A DNA stretch of 64,000 bases from Chrysomallon squamiferum (Eukaryota; Animalia; Mollusca). Shown piece after piece: positions 49,999 through 64,000 of this stretch (its first letter is position 1; each line of letters opens with the position of its first letter). The notes beneath the pieces were generated by a model that saw only the letters and a program-made list of their open reading frames with translations, was not told the origin of the DNA and did no database searches. The position numbers and the translations under genes are program-made. Location: positions 16,802,001 through 16,866,000 of the forward strand of contig CM022675.1 of NCBI GenBank assembly GCA_012295275.1, read 5' to 3'.

Positions 49999-52900
49999 AA
50001 TGTTCAGAGAGAGAGACAAGAAAAGATGTCAGACAAATCAACAAAGTTTGTAAAAGTCTACAAATATTATTCATTCTCTTAATCATTTTTTTTAAAACTC
50101 CTTTTTCGTGGACTTGTACATAACTTTTTTGTTTTCTGTGTTTTTGCACTTAACATTTTTTGTTTTCTTTCGATCTTATTTACTCTTATTCCTTTGTGTG
50201 TACTTCTTTTTGTTTTCTGTGCAATTGTATTTAACTCTGTTTTCTGTATACTTGTATTTAACTCTGTTTTGTATTCTTGTATTTAACTCTGTCTTTTGTG
50301 TATTTGTATTTAACTCTGTTTTCTGTATACTTGTATTTAACTCTGTTTTGTATTCTTGTATTTAACTCTGTCTTTTTGTGTATTTGTATTTAACTCTGTT
50401 TTCTGTGTACTTGTATTTAACACTGTTTTGTATACTTGTATTTAACTCTATGTTTTTTGTGTATATGTATTTAACTCTTTGTTTTTGTATACTTATATTT
50501 AACTCTTTGTTTTTTGTGTATATATATTTAACACTTTGTTTTCTGTATACTTATATTTAACTCTTTGTTTTCTGTATATTTATATATTTGGACTTAACTC
50601 ATTATTTTAATTTATTATTTGTTTTGTTGGACTTCACTTTATTTTCTGTACATAGTACTTAATGTTTTTGTTTTTCTTGTATTCAGCTCTTTTGTGTTTC
50701 TGTGTAACTGTATTTAAATATTTTAGTTTTATGTCTGTTTCAACTTAATTTTTTTTATTTTATATATCCTGTACTAATTTTCTTTGTGTTTGTTGTGAAC
50801 TGTTTCATTTACCATTTATGCTGATTTTTGCTGGCATCACTATGGTAGAACACAGCATTTATTGTAAATGTCTTAATACGTTAAAACTCGCATACAAAAA
50901 ACAAGAACCAATACTGTAATAGAAAAATTTATGATATATGGAATGTTAAGTGTTCAGTATTCTTAAGAACAATTCTGTGAAACAAGAAGCCTCAAGGCAA
51001 ATATTTTTTTTGTTTTGCACAAAAGAATCCTCTGGTCTTTTTAAAAAATAATTGTGAAGATTCTGATTGCGCACTTTGAATACAACATCTGTATTTATTA
51101 TACTAAGAAAGAGATTTTTCTCTGCAATAAATATTATTTTCTATGTATTTGTATTTAAAAAATAGTTTATTTCTGTGTTTTAGAACTTTTTCTGATGGCA
51201 TTGATGTGACTTTCCATGTTTTAATTCCAAACAATACTGACTATGATCCGACAAAAGATGAAATTTTCATCATCAGTGACGAATTGAAAACAGATGAATC
51301 GAAGATGACACAGAAAATGTAAATAGTTTAGATTTTGTTTCTTTATAAAATCAAAAACAGTCTTTAAAGAATAATTATAATTTATTAAAATGAATCAATA
51401 AACCAATAAATAAACAAATAAAAACACATTTTCAACCATTTTGAAACTTTAGAATAATACATTTTTGTAAAGTTTAATTTTTTGAGATTATTTAATAAAA
51501 TATTATTATATAGTATTTTCCTAAAATTCCCAACAGATCAATATTACACTGATATTTATCTTTTAATTTGCATTTATTTATTTATTTATTTATTTTTACT
51601 TATTTATTTATTTAATTCTTTTTTCTTTTTCACAAATAATAAACATGGTGGTATCTGTCTTGTGCCTAAAATTAATGTTGTTTGGATGGACTCAAAAACT
51701 GATCACATCTTGATATAACACAATATTACACATCAGCATGAATATGATGGTCTTTTTCAACATGAATTAATCAGTAAAAAAATTGTGACACACAAATACA
51801 TATAAATACCAAGAGGCAATAAAACAGGCATTTCAAATGAATACATAATCTTGTTAAATGTTTAATTATCTACAATTATCCTCTGTAGACCACTAACATA
51901 AATATACAGAATGAAATCAATTTTTAATGAACATAAAAACATGCATTCATAATACCCTATATGGAATAAGTTGCTACTGTCTTAAAATATCTGCTTATTC
52001 TGCAGAGATCAGAATGCCAAGATTGAACCTGAGCAGGATAAAGCTGATATCTTAAGTCAGTAAACAATTAGTTTTATCCTGCAGTCTTATATAATACAAA
52101 AACTAAATGAAATTAACAGTTTTAATTTTCAATTAACCAATCTCTAGACTAAAAGATTCATGCATTTTGATTTCATTGTCACCTACAAAAACTAAATAAA
52201 TAACAGCAATTTATTTTTAAAATGAAAACCATTTTTAAATGGTCTTTTAATAGATAAACCAGCAGTTAAGCACAAAAGAAGTAATTTTGAACAATATCTA
52301 CATGGAAATAACAAGTAATTTATCAAAGTAAAAATAGTTCCATTCCAAAATGTTTTATTTTCCTTCACTTTTTGTACTAACTGCAAGTCACACTACAAAC
52401 ACACACATGGCCGAAACTAACTTTACTATAAATATAAATTACTCTAGTTTGAAAAACAAAAGTAAGAATTGCACGTAGTAAAAAATATAGCAAAGATCAA
52501 GATGTTAGTGTAATAAACAATAAAAATTACAACTATACAATATATAATAATAATGTCAGAGTTGTACAAAGTTACATGGGGTACAAAAATCAGTTCAACT
52601 TCATGGACAACATATTATGTACTTTGTCAAATTAATAGCCCTTGCTTCTGTACACAGAAAAACTCTCTGATACATAGAAGATATTAGTAGACTGGTGACA
52701 TCATGTAGCCAATCTCTTTGGAGGGCCTGAATTAGTACTTGTTAATTGGCTGGAGGGTGAGGATATTGTCAAAGGTGATCCATTACATCCTACAGGTGTT
52801 TGTTTCCATGCAGGCCTTGACAACACATTGATTTTGTTCCAAGGAAGTTTTGTACAGTTTTGGCTGTATAGGGTCTGTATAGGGTCTGACATTGTGATGC

Positions 52901-55900
52901 TAGTGAACAGCACTATACATTTGCTGTTGGAGAAATGGAAGGACAGCCAAAGGCAGATTGTCACTGACATAAAGCTGACCTATGATGTTTCTGTTAATGA
53001 TGATCAGTGGTGTCCTCTCCTGCTGATAGATGCCTTCCCCTTTGCCATGACACTTCTTCCACCAAATGGCACGAGATACTGAATACAACAGCCCTCCATT
53101 CATTTTTCAATTCAGTGGTAAACAAAATAAAATAAAAAGAACTGGTTTCCATCAGCTCTGAACAAACAGAACTGGCTTTCATCAGCAAAGACTGCCAGTT
53201 ATGAAGATGCCAACTCAGTGCTAATTTCAGTCTGATTTTCCACTGTCAAATAGTATCCTTAAATTCTATTAAAAACTACCCTAAAATAATATCAATTTGC
53301 TGTTTTAAAGTCTTTCTACAATGGTAATATAAAAATATGTTTATATGTATATTGTACAAACCTTTATCATTACTACTAGCAATTATGAAATATATAAATT
53401 TATTTGCATACATTTTATGTTAATGTGGATTAACATTTTTATCATTAAGAACATATTTATGCTCCAACTGAAAATATTTCATTCTAATTTTTATTTACTT
53501 TATTTTAGGAATAATGAAGATTACCGTGAATATTGTTTGTTAATAAATATTCCAAAACGCAGCTGTTTAAAAGGTTTTCAGTACAAATATGGAATTTTGA
53601 AAAATGGTACCTCGACTCCAGAACATGTACATTTTATTAAAAGCAAATCAAAAGAAGATCAAAAACGAAAATTCAAAATACCAATCACTTATGAAAAATC
53701 TTCTTCAGGTATTTGTTCACTATATTTTTATTTTATACTTTAATCTGATGATATAATGTTTTAATAATCACATTGATTTTCAGATTAGTTAATAATTAAA
53801 AATACTGAAAACAATGTATTTTTATGTCTGAGCCTGATCCTCCCACATCACTACATTTCAGTTTATTAAAGACAAAATTTGTTAATACATTAAGATGAAA
53901 CATTGATTTATGAAAAAAAAAATAATAATAATCCGTTTGTGCAAACAGTTAACTTTATTTTAATTAACTAATAATGATATAACTTGGCTTGTGGTTTTTG
54001 ATTTGAGAAATATATTTTTCAGAAGTTTGGCATCAGTATGATGGATTTTTATACCTGCCTGACAAAACATGGTCAGTTAAAAATTGGTGGAATGGCATCG
54101 AAGAAAAACTGAAAAATGACATTAAGAAAGCAGCAAACCACTTTTTACCTTCTGCTGAAGACATAACTGAGTCTGTGAAGGATAATGTTAGCACTCACAG
54201 TGTTGATGATGTTTTACAAAAGATATCTGCTGTCATGAACTGTTTAAAAATTCAGATTCATGATAATAAAACATACACAAAGGTAAATATTTTATAGATT
54301 TAGCACATAATTGTGACTAGTAGAGAGATAAATGTCTCATTTCTGATAAACAAATTAAATACAGTAATTTGTTTATTTTCACCTTTTCAGTGCTTTGATG
54401 GCATGTTGGAGGAACTTTTTGACACATTGTCAGAGTATGTTGAACAAGCAGAAAAAGATAAAATACAGGATCAAACCTTGTCTCTGGCTGTATTTGTTCT
54501 CCTTATGACAAAAAAGAATGATGTTGACATTTCAAAATATGATTACAAAATGGATTTGTTATTCAAAGGATTATTACTTGACGTGGATTCTGATAAAAGA
54601 TTATGCCCCAACTATGAACTGATGAAAAGACATTTTCCACAAAAAGAAACTCAAGAGTAAGTTAAATAATGAATTTACTTTTTATAATTATTATTATTAT
54701 TCTTCAACTATAATGGTTTTATATCTCAATTAGGTTTTAGACTTTTCAGTTTCACCTGTTAAGAAAGCAGTGACTAAAAGTTTAATGGTAAATGTTGAAT
54801 ATATAATCTATAGTATTTGAAAAAAAAAAAATTCATTTTTAGGGTGATTTTATATATGTTGAAAATAGCCTATCTAAGTTGTATTTGTTTAGATTCTTTT
54901 TTTCTTTTTAATAAAAGCTTTGTTAATAATCTATCTTTCTTCTAGAATAAAACTACCTGCAATGGACAAATTGAAATTTTAAATTTTGGAGAGATTTTTT
55001 ATTATTATTTTTTTATTTATTAAAAATAGTCTGTTATAGGTTTATGTACTTTTTTTTAACAAAATATAATAAGCTCAAAAGTATTTGAAGTGGATTATAA
55101 AATTAAAACATTTTCATAAAAAAATCTTTTAAATAACTTCTCATTAATAAAACATTCCATTAACTAATAAAGAAAGAAACTAGATATTTATTATTACTGA
55201 GTTTCATTCATAAATATTTATTAAGCATTATTTTGATGTACATAAACAGAATAACTATTATATATATATATATAATGTTTTCACTATTTTATTAACAAGT
55301 TTAATGACAAATATTCTTTAAAATGAGAGATGTATAAAATAAATTTTTCAGGACAATATTGAAAGCTTTGCAAGAAGTTATTGAAACATATTTAAAGAAT
55401 AAACAAAACAATCCATCTTGGGTTTTCTCTTTGCCACTGATTCATTTTCTGTGTTGTGATTCTGAACCTTTCAAAACACTGGAAGAGTCGAACCATCGTT
55501 GTAGTCAGTGGTGGGGTGTTTCTTGGATTGGAGAGATTCTAAAGAAACAAAAGCAGAAACCATGGACAGTGTATGTTCAAGACAGCCTTCATTAAATCTA
55601 AAACTTAATATTTTGTCAAAAATATAGCATGATTTATTTTTTTATAGTTGATGAATCTAGATATCTGTAATGTGTTTTTGTGTTTTTTCAAATTACATTA
55701 ACATAAATATTTAACACAGTAATCTCAGCAGAAAGATTTTTTATCACAACTCCTTTTCTTTTTTACATGTTATGTTAAATCTGTTTAATGTTTTTGACAT
55801 AATTTAATCTATAAAAAGTAGAATACATTAGCAGTGCCATATTTTCATATTTAGTTATGTTATATACTCAAACAGCTCTGTTCAATTTGACAGCCCTGTA

Positions 55901-58900
55901 AATAAAATTGTGGATGATTTGCACCTTCTGTTTGAAGTTGATCATCTACTGCCAAGAAGCATCATGGCATTGATTCAGCCAAAAGAAATTGAACATTTTG
56001 AATCAATTCAGTTGATTCCACCATATGTGGTTGCAGCATGGCTGTTCTACCACTGTTGTGCTTTGAAGTCATCCTTAGATTCCAGAACTGTAATTATTAT
56101 TGTTTTAAATATCCATCTGTATCACTTTAAAATAATATTCTAATAATTCAGATATATAGGCAGTTCTTATCTCAATTTAAATGTTACAGCCACCACAACA
56201 GTAGTTTTTGCTCATTTCTGACATCTTGGAATCATCCCTGATACAGATTGTTTTGGACTTTTATTGAATCTTGTTTAATGTGGCAAAGGCAGGTAAAATA
56301 AAAAAATTATAAATATTATAATCAAAATAGAAATTATCAATGCAGATCTTAAAAATTATTCAAACATATTAATAATTTAATACTTACAAAAATAATCCTA
56401 GCAATTCTGTTTTCAGAAGCTTGAACACATGTTACTGAAAAATTGTGAACAGTTCTCCACAATGGAAAAAGAAATTTCATCTTGCAGTGAAAGGTAAAAT
56501 ATAACCCATAAAAGAAGGTGTATCATATATTAGAAATAAAGTATTCAACTGTGGCTTTGGAAAGTAGATTAATTGTTTTTTTTTAATTATTGAAATGTTA
56601 TCTGTAATGACAAATTATCTTCTTTGTTTTAATTTTGTAGAATAAGCTTGTTACATAAAATAAATAAACCCTACTGTATGATACGAAGAGGTACAAATAT
56701 ATATGTAAATGTCCTTTGTAATTTTGATATTTTTTATGGTTTTTCTGTCATCCTTCACTTTCAGAAGTAAACTAAAGATTGCAGCAGAGCAGCTGAGCAT
56801 ATCAAAGAAAATTGTCAGAGATTTCATTGACAGTTTCGGTGAAGACGAGCAGTTACTTTCGTCAGTTATTTCTCTCTCTTTGACTGTCAGCAGCTGTCTG
56901 GCTACTGTACACCAGCTTCTCAGTGAGGCTACAACTTCATCTGAAAACAACGAACTGCAGTCGCTACTTGACTACCTCATTGACGTTACACTCAGGTGGC
57001 TGCTGACACATACTTCATTTAAAGAAAACTTGGATAATGCATTCAGGGTAAAACATCAACAGATTTTTAAAAGAAATAATTTCAGTTACTTTATATATTA
57101 ACATTACAGGAAGTTTAATATATTAACTTTTTAAAATTAATTTAAAAATTTTTGTGACAGTTTTAAGCATCTATATGACTTGGTAATTTCAAAACCATAC
57201 AAGATCTGAATTTTCACTAAAAAAAGTACTTTTTGTTACTGAAAAAGTGCCATCATATTAAAAAATGTAATTTATGCTTTCACTTTTTTAGTTAGAAATA
57301 TTTTGTTTCTTTAAGGTTTTGGATGACATAATAAATTTAAACATACAAGCAAATGATGTTAAACAATACTGGCAAAAGAAACTTGTGGAAGGTTTTGCAA
57401 GTGAAATGTCTTTAGTAAGTTAATTTATCACTGTTAAATAATATGTCCTATTGCAATTTTTTATAAACTGCTTTTAATTTTATATAACTGAATAACATAG
57501 CATCCAACATAGGCTTTAATTAATTGTTAATCTACATAAAAGACAGAAACAAACACTTAGACCAGAACTGCTAATATGGCACAAATAAATGATGCAAAGT
57601 TATTAATGTCCCATAATGTACAGATAAATGTTATATCATTCTTCAATATTAGAAGATAGTTCAGTTATATTAAGGTTACAGGTGACTCACTTATCATCAG
57701 ACATAATTAAAGAGTTTCTTTATTTGATGAGTGGGTCATTGGATCTGGTACAGATTAGTTCTTCATCAGCCACATTGGAATTGAAGTGTCAAAAGATGAT
57801 CTTTGCTGGCAGATTACAGGATTTCAGTGCAAAATGAACCATCTTCCAGATCATCAGTGCAGCAGGTGTTAAATGTTAAAACTGAGGTTTTAGTAGATCA
57901 GCATCTGCTGATCACAGCCTGCAACTGTGATGTAATCTAGATATGTAAATATGACCATGAGTGCTTCCTCATGAACCAGTCTCTCCATGGTTCTCTGAAA
58001 ATGGCCATGTTATTTATAAGACCAAATGATATTTGGAAGCATTGGTATAGTTTCTCATTTGCCTGAAATCCTATGAACATCCTATTAGATTTTTGTTTTG
58101 GAACTGGATAATATTCACTTTTGAGATCAAATGTTGGTAACACTCTGCAGTGTGCTAGATTGTTGACTACCTCATCAATTCTAGGTAGAGGATATGCATC
58201 AAACTTTGTATGCTGGTTTATGGTCTGTGAATAATCCATTCAAATTCATTTCTTGTGTTGTTGTAAAGGATCTTTAACAACCACCTCTTGTGCACCAAGA
58301 TCATGTACTGGGCTCAGTAATATTCTCTGCAGGAAGATGAATGATTTCTTGTTCTGTAAAGCTCTTGTCATCCTTGCTGAAATGTTATCACTTTGTTGCA
58401 GCAGTTTTACATCCAAAAACAGGATTTGCAAACAATGATGGTTCACTCAGTGAAGCTACTGAAAGTGCCAATACTAATTTTACCTTTGGCATTAGTGCCA
58501 TCAATTTCAGTGATAACACACTTCTGGAGGTGTAGTCCAAGAATAAGCTCACTGAAAAGATACTAAAGAATATGATTTTGAATGGATGTATACACATGTC
58601 CTTTTATATTTATCGTTATGGTCATAGATATATCTTGAGATGAAGGAGAGACTTTAAGCTTCAGGGTTTTGGCATCTTGTCAGAGTCAGTTGAAGCAGTT
58701 AGAGTATGCCTACCAACAGAGACACATAAAGAAGCTGAGTCAGAACTGAGGACAAGCAGCAGTAATTGAACAGAATGTTGGTAGGAATATTACAGCTAAA
58801 GTACTGTTACTATGTCATTGTTTGAAATGACCTTTAATGCCACATTTATTATAACACATCTCAAGCTGAGCTTACCCTCATGTTATGAGATGATCTTTCC

Positions 58901-60078
58901 TGTTGTCTATATTAGGGTAAGAGAAATTCTGTAGATGAAAGCATCTCAAATTTTTCATCCTTTTGTTATTACTCTGCAGTGAGAGATTTGAGGTGATAAT
59001 CTCTATCAAGCTTTCTTGATTCCTTTAGGAATTGACTCAGAGTTCTAATCTCATTGCAAACAAATGACATGTGCATATTTCAATCAGTGGCTTAATACAC
59101 AATGTTTTGATAGCAGTATTCATAAGCATTATGATTCACTTAATTAATCAGAGTTTGAACTTGTTAGGGGCATGATCACAACATTCATTGATGAAATTTG
59201 TGAATGTCCAATGCCAGTGTTTTCATTCTTTTGCAGCAGGGGATAATTTTGGGTTTAAGTTGAGGTGAACAGGTTTTAAGAGAGTGTTTGTGATAAACAG
59301 TTAATTCAGTTGTAGTATCTAGTGTAGGCTTAAGCTTTAAATAACCATAAGCTTGCCTAACAGAATGAAACATACATTTACTGCTTAGATTAGAAATTTA
59401 TACTACTACCACTTTATTTAAAATACATTTTTTAGTATTATATTTTAAGACATTTCTAGAATATAAATTTGGTCAAACTATATTTTTGCCTAGTATGATG
59501 ATGTGGTCCTATTAGATGTTGGTATATTATGTGACTTTACTTAACTTTTACTGAAGTATTCTAAAATAAATAAATTGTTAAGTAAATATAAACTGCAGAT
59601 GTTTTTACTTATTTTTCAGCTTGAAACAAACATCACTGATGTTTTGAAAAAAGGTTTGGACACCTGCAGGTCAGAGCATCTGAAAAATGCACTTTTGTCA
59701 TCAACGTTACAGTCATTTGAAAAAGAAATGATGGTAAATTATTACAGGATGTGATAGATGTGGTGTGAGATAGCAGTGAAGTAGTCAAGACATAAAACTA
59801 GTCTAGTGGACAGAAATCAGTTTGATATAAATTTCTAAACTGCAGAAACAATCCTGGTTACTAAAAGCATTTGGTTCAGTGTTTCATGTTTTTCAACTTT
59901 TATATGGTATTTACATTTGTGTGTTGAAACCACTCTTTATAATATTTTGTTATGTTGTTGTTATCTACCTTACTATCACTCATTTGTAACATCTTGTGTT
60001 TTAAATTATTCATACACTATAAAATGGTTGTAATGTTTTGGTTTGTTAATATTGCTAAAAAGAACAAACAAAAAAATA

Positions 60079-60115
<37 letters not shown>

Positions 60116-63100
60116 CATGATAATGATAATAGTAATACTGATAATGATTATAATAATAATAGGAACAATAATGATAATAATAATAATGTTAATAATGATT
60201 ATGATGATGATGACAGTGTAAGTGGTTTTTGTTTTTTTACAGACTGGCTCCATTACTGTTCCAAAATCAGAAGAGTTTGGTTGGCTCATGTCAAAAATGT
60301 TGGAAAATAATTGGCCAACAGGAGGAAGTGATGAAGAAATGTTGCATTTTGTTATCACATTTAAGCCACTGATTCAGTATTTTGAATGTTTTTGTAAGAC
60401 TTTATGTATCTTTGTTCTACATACATTAAAGCAAAACAGGACATTTATTAAGTACAGGTTGACATTCAAAAATCCAGCAAACTCTGGATCTGAGGAGTGC
60501 CAGATTTTTTATGGTGGTTATGTATGCTGTATATATTTAACAGAAAATTACTACCTGTATACAGCAGCAAATAAATGATTTAATGAGAAGGAATGAGCAT
60601 ATTATTTATGCATCACAAGGACAGTGATGAATATTTAGAAATGTATTAGAAGAATACTCTTTTAACTTTTAAATTACAATGTGTCTTGGAAATCAGTTTG
60701 CCAATGTCCTGAAATAATAATTCTGTTTCTTTTAGATGGTGAAGAAAGTAACAACCTGCTTACTGAAACATCCATTCAGTTACTGTGTGAAGCTTCTAAT
60801 ATTATAAGTAAGATGGTGAGCAACATTCTCAAAGGAACCATTATTATTGGTAGTCTCAAAAACATTTTATCTGAAAAAAATAATATTATTAAGCTCATAA
60901 AAGCAACAGAAGCCCACTATACTGAGGAGTCAGCAAAGAAAACAGATGTGGCATATTTGGAGAAAGTTCTTGAAGCTAGAGGAAATGAACTAAAAGCACA
61001 TAATGAGAATTTGAAACAGATAAAAAAACTGATATTATTCTGCAAGCATCTGAAAGCAGGTAATAACATTTATGATATAATAAAAATATTTTTAGTCAGA
61101 ACAGGCTTACATTATCTGTTGTCAATGAAATAAATATTATCATTTATTATCATATTAATCTGAAAACAAATTCTAGATGGAATCAGCAGGAATCCAATGA
61201 AGCCGATGTTAGTGAATTAGCCGCTGTTTTCACTGAAATAATCTGTATTCAAGTCAGTTTATCTACAGTTGTTCATACTTAAATAGTTTTATTTATTTAT
61301 TTATTTTCTTTGTGGCTGTCACATATCACCATCCAGTAGTAATGTTACCAGTATATATTAGTTTGTTCTGAGTTATTTTATTATGTAATTTGTTTTAAAA
61401 TTTAATACTAAAACATGTCTTTCAAATTTTAATTACATTAATCTGTAAGTTAATGTATACATCAACCACTCTGAAATAAAATTGTGGTCTTAGTGTTTAG
61501 TTAATTAAGATGAATGCATTATAAGCAGTTGAAAAATTGTTTGGAACGTAACCTGAGCAACAACTGCAAGGTCACAATGTAGTCCAAGTCATTTATTATT
61601 AAATCATATTAAATCATATTAAATTCAAAAGCGCTCAGTCTGAGAATATTCTGGTCATGAGTCATTTTGCTTTTACCATATATGAATGTGTCATCTGCAA
61701 TGCCACTCAATCCACTGAACTTTCCAAATACTGTGTCTGTCTTTTCTTGGAAGACATCACCACTGATGGTGTAGTGTGTGTAACTTGGTTATTCACTCTT
61801 GTTACGCTGACCCGCGTCCAGTTGGGCTGGTAGTCTATACTGTGCAGGTCTGAACTGTACTTGTCTCTAGTTCTCACAATTAATGCACTTCACATACTAT
61901 ATTTAACCAGTGTTGATATGGCATGCAATACAGACATTTTTTTACTTGATGTGTTATGACCAACATAAAAACACTGGCCTGAATCATTGTGTTTTTAAAG
62001 GTCAGATGCAGTCTTACATGAAATTTTAACACACTGCTGTTTGCATGATGTTTAATATTAATTCATTTTACAGGACTGAGATCAAACATACATATTTGTA
62101 GATTTATAAACACCCAATACACTAAGTAATAATTAATTTTTTTTAAATCATTTTAATTTATTATTATTATTATTATCATCATCATTATTATTATTACTAC
62201 TACTATTATTATCATCAACATCATCATCATGATGATCATCATTATTATCATCATCATCATCATCATTATTATTATTATCATCATTATTATAATAATTATT
62301 ATTATTTTGCAGATAACGGAAGAAAGTATTACATTAATTCTTCATATTTATTGTTTAATTATAATTAAAGCATTGGTACTGAAGTCCATAAAAGTTGATT
62401 GCCTGTTCTGATATAATTACTGTTTTCATAAATGATCATAGTGTTTTGGATAAAAAAATTTTTTTTAAAAATCTATAGACAGATGAAATACATTAGCATT
62501 GAAAGAATGATGAATATCATCCAGAATATTTAACCAGTTTAGCTTTCATCAAAATGCTTATAGTGTTAAAAAAATAAAATAAGTATTTTAGCACTAGTTT
62601 ATGACATTTTTTTGGAAAACCTGATTTAAGAGGCCTACTTGTAATAAAATGTAGCACTGTTACAGTATTATTCACACTAGTTTGCAGCCCTTTGTTTATA
62701 GGGTCAAGAAACACTAGTTTACAAGTCTCAGTGAAAATTGTAAATTTACAGATTAGCTATAATTAAACTTGATAGGTGTGCAATGACTCTTGACTTTTGA
62801 TTATGAAGAAATTAACAGAGAAAACAAAACAGGTGTTGTTTAAGAATAAATAATTCGGATGTAATTACAGATGAAACAAAACCAATTTGAAGAAAATGAT
62901 TACCTTTTTATTATTAAAATAACATTTTAACAGCATTTTGTTTAAAAATTAAAAAAATATATAAATAAGAGACCAAATCAGGTGCAGTATAAAATATAAC
63001 TCAGTTTTTATGAAACAAGCTAACAGTAGTTATATAGGTTCTAATAATTCAAAAGCTGAACATGTTATTCACTTTATGAAAATAATAAAAAATATTAAAT

Positions 63101-63679
63101 TGTTTTGTAGAGGATATAGAAAAAATATCAACAGAAGTTAACAAAGTTACTCAGGATATAGATAAGCAGTTACTTGAAAACATTTGTTCACCAAAAAACT
63201 TTGAAAGCCAACAGGAATTTGACTTCATCAATTACAAGCCTTCTCTTAATACATTCAGTGTTCCTGAGCCACTTCTTATAATTGTTCCTGAATTGGAAAA
63301 GCTGATGCAAAGTGAACTGTTTAATCAGATGTGGCAACAGGCAGGAAATGAAGAAACAACACAAAACATTGTGACAATATGGAAAGAGGTTAAAGAAAAA
63401 TGGAACACTCTGACTATGGATATAAGAGATGGTACAATTACTTTTAAGAATATTCTGAAGCATGTTTCCATTTTTAATGAGAATTACGATCATATCAGAC
63501 AGGAGTTCACTTTTATGAATGATGATGGTTCTAGTGAGTGGGTGGATGAAAGAATACAGCAACTGAAAATATTCTGTCTTGTGGAGAAAAGTGGTAAAGC
63601 TGCCCATGAACTACTCCAGATCAAGGAATTATTTCATTTAAATGGAGACTTTGAACCAATCAAGGAAATACAGTCTCTT
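49999..63679 (+). CDS. RNF213: RNF213/mysterin-like protein, N-terminal portion; start unresolved, gene continues past the window. Exons ~49999-50045, 51184-51318, 53509-53708, 54023-54282, 54391-54656, 55352-55570, 55894-56089, 56417-56493, 56765-57047, 57316-57414, 59620-59733, 60243-60393, 60736-61059, 63111-63679
   Basis: A chain of stop-free GT-AG exons with matching phases. CBM20-like start (IDVTFHVLI...DPTKDEIFI, FQYKYG), WHQYDG, NPSWVFSLPLIHFL...WWG, LFEVDHLLPRS and LNGDFEPI resemble invertebrate RNF213 N-arm/stalk. A further upstream exon may end at 49313. The ATPase and E3 modules are outside the window, so the call rests on the divergent N-terminus. Confidence 0.75.
50225..50578. 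repeat. degenerate ~27-bp minisatellite, about 13 copies, intronic
   Basis: Unit approximately TTGTATTTAACTCTGTTTTCTGTATAC. Confidence 0.9.
52700..53250 (-). mobile_element. Tc1 transposase remnant in an RNF213 intron
   Basis: Decayed motifs VFADESQFCLFRADG, GI..QERTPLIII, YVSDNLPLAVLPFLQQQ, HHNVRPYT (QDNARPH) and INVLSRPA. Confidence 0.8.
57470..59395 (-). mobile_element. degenerate Ty3/Gypsy LTR retrotransposon in an RNF213 intron
   Basis: gag-like LLKPVHLNLNP..PAAKE*KHWHWTFTNFI, and RT DYSQTINQHTKFDAYPLPRIDEVVNNLA...FDLKSEY...LYQCFQISFGL. The two ends show weak similarity (possible LTRs at ~57470-57565 and ~59290-59395). Confidence 0.8.
61620..61890 (-). mobile_element. Gypsy-type RT fragment
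   Basis: ISGDVFQEKTDTVFGKFSGLSGIADDTFIYGKSKMTHDQN, with the IADD catalytic motif. Confidence 0.75.
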
Positions 63680-64000
63680 GTATGTAATGATTTTGATTTA
63701 AGTTATTGTCATTTGTGTATAAATTACCAGAAATAAATATATAAATGTATGTGTGCATTAAGCATGAAATCAAAAATATTTAAAATGATAAAGCTGTATT
63801 TATATAAAATTATTTACTTAGGGAATCCCTCTCAAGATTTAATCTTTTTGATAAAAATATATAAATTTATTTCTAATTTCTCATAATCACAACCTTTAAA
63901 TTTCATTATTTGACATTTTGAATTTGGGTTCTCTAATCTATTAATACTACACTTTTTAACTACATTGAAATTGATCTAGAATTGAAAATTAAGTAATTGT

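Overview
AT-rich, microsatellite-dense animal genomic DNA with GT-AG spliced genes. It is probably an invertebrate such as a mollusc or other lophotrochozoan (inference). I read four intact-looking genes: a 3-coding-exon SLC45 proton/sugar transporter (+, 10418-17050), a 6-exon PAP2 lipid phosphate phosphatase (-, 26374-30339), a divergent two-exon prolyl 4-hydroxylase alpha (-, 31557-33430) and the 5' part of a large multi-exon RNF213/mysterin-like gene (+, ~50000 to beyond the window end). The P4HA is followed by two decayed tandem copies. Between the P4HA array and the RNF213-like gene lie antisense RNF213 AAA+ pseudo-exons joined directly to the third P4HA copy, at a sharp CpG-rich to CpG-poor boundary (~37290). 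Mobile relics include Tigger/pogo, Tc1, CR1/L2-like LINE, Ngaro (DIRS order) and Gypsy, plus many minisatellites. Family calls come from recalled motifs and hand translation; no database search was run. I see no proven new biological system. The best leads are the intron-poor, substituted P4HA cluster, the rearranged head-to-head RNF213 locus and a double TAG-CGG stop in the phosphatase.
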